Below the pieces are notes generated by a model that worked only from the letters and a program-made list of their open reading frames with translations, was not told the DNA's origin and made no database searches. 760 bases of DNA from the NCBI RefSeq assembly GCF_003334355.1, contig NZ_QOWP01000103.1. One strand, 5' to 3'. A program made the position numbers and the translations under genes. This document shows positions 1 to 760 of this stretch, in pieces (the first letter of the stretch is position 1; every line of letters starts with the position of its first letter). The DNA comes from Escherichia coli (lineage in GTDB: Bacteria > Pseudomonadota > Gammaproteobacteria > Enterobacterales > Enterobacteriaceae).

Positions 1-760
1 GTGGTGTCAGCGGCGGACAAGGATAAGCACGCGTCAGCAGTTCCGCCAACACTGCGACAGCGTTGTCCTCGCGGCTTTTACCCGGTCAAAACAGCGTTAC
101 GGTGCCCCACGCCTGACGGATGAACTGCGTGCTCAGGGTTACCCCTTTAACGTAAAAACCGTGGCGGCAAGCCTGCGCCGTCAGGGACTGAGGGCAAAGG
201 CCTCCCGGAAGTTCAGCCCGGTCAGCTACCGCGCACACGGCCTGCCTGTGTCAGAAAATCTGTTGGAGCAGGATTTTTACGCCAGTGGCCCGAACCAGAA
301 GTGGGCAGGAGACATCACGTACTTACGTACAGATGAAGGCTGGCTGTATCTGGCAGTGGTCATTGACCTGTGGTCACGTGCCGTTATTGGCTGGTCAATG
401 TCGCCACGCATGACGGCGCAACTGGCCTGCGATGCCCTGCAGATGGCGCTGTGGCGGCGTAAGAGGCCCCGGAACGTTATCGTTCACACGGACCGTGGAG
501 GCCAGTACTGTTCAGCAGATTATCAGGCGCAACTGAAGCGGCATAATCTGCGTGGAAGTATGAGCGCAAAAGGTTGCTGCTACGATAATGCCTGCGTGGA
601 AAGCTTCTTTCATTCGCTGAAAGTGGAATGTATCCATGGAGAACACTTTATCAGCCGGGAAATAATGCGGGCAACGGTGTTTAATTATATCGAATGTGAT
701 TACAATCGGTGGCGGCGGCACAGTTGGTGTGGCGGCCTCAGTCCGGAACAATTTGAAAAC
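1..760 (+). CDS. insF: IS3-family transposase orfB (InsF-like DDE integrase/transposase), internal fragment truncated at both window edges; codon phase begins at base 2
   Basis: Seen in sequence: frame +2 (codons 2-4 ... 758-760) is open for all 253 codons. The translation has an HTH-like segment ([31 protein letters not shown], about 98..190) followed by an integrase core with catalytic D (AGDITY, 311..313), D (HTDRGG, 491..493) and E (CVESFF, 599..601), with K at +7 from E (620..622), and the conserved IS3 C-terminal motif [26 protein letters not shown]. Established knowledge: this matches my recollection of E. coli IS3 InsF almost residue for residue, corresponding to roughly residues 32-284 of the ~288 aa protein. 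The supplied ORF track does not list it, presumably because no start or stop falls inside the window. Confidence 0.95.
1..760 (+). mobile_element. Interior of an IS3-family insertion sequence (IS3-like); neither terminus is in the window
   Basis: Inference from the CDS identity: the window is wholly coding for the IS3 orfB transposase. No terminal inverted repeats, target-site duplications or flanking host sequence are visible, so orientation is known (+) but the element's boundaries and insertion context are not. Confidence 0.9.

Noticed and set aside
152-160. A-rich run (gtaaaaacc) considered as a possible -1 programmed frameshift slippery site
   Set aside because: In IS3-family elements the slippery site lies in the orfA/orfB overlap, upstream of this window. 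Here the A-run sits inside a continuous in-frame segment (N-V-K-T) of orfB that matches the known protein. No frameshift is needed or indicated.
317-330. Short direct repeat acgtac-tt-acgtac, with palindromic tacgta cores
   Set aside because: It is too short to be meaningful and lies within coding sequence (codons for YLRT). It is most simply explained by chance or codon usage, not by a regulatory or recombination site.
699-730. GGCGGCGG-type low-complexity repeats (tggcggcggc ... gtggcggcc)
   Set aside because: These encode the conserved IS3 C-terminal W-R-R-H-S-W-C-G-G motif. They are a coding constraint, not a tandem repeat or structured element.
512-751. Minus-strand 79 aa ORF from the supplied track ([79 protein letters not shown])
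   Set aside because: It lies entirely antisense to the strongly supported transposase reading frame. Its proline run is simply the complement of the GGCGGCGG stretch that encodes the conserved WRRHSWCGG motif. Antisense ORFs of this length are common by chance in sequence of this GC content, and I recognise no known domain in the peptide. Treated as spurious.
1-760. Terminal inverted repeats or target-site duplication of the IS
   Set aside because: Looked for them but they are not present. The window is entirely internal to the transposase gene, so the element's ends cannot be annotated from this sequence.

Overview
The whole window is an internal fragment of a single gene: the orfB (InsF-type) transposase of an IS3-family insertion sequence, on the + strand, running off both ends of the window. 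The codon phase starts at base 2 and reads 253 codons with no stop. The translation ([63 protein letters not shown]...[37 protein letters not shown]...[13 protein letters not shown]...[17 protein letters not shown]...[26 protein letters not shown]) matches, from memory, the enterobacterial IS3 InsF protein. The DD(35)E catalytic triad is intact. The IS terminal inverted repeats, orfA and the orfA/orfB -1 frameshift site all lie outside the window. I see no evidence of a novel or undescribed system: one well-known mobile-element gene explains the entire window. The only ORF on the supplied track (minus strand, 512..751) is antisense to the transposase and is judged spurious.
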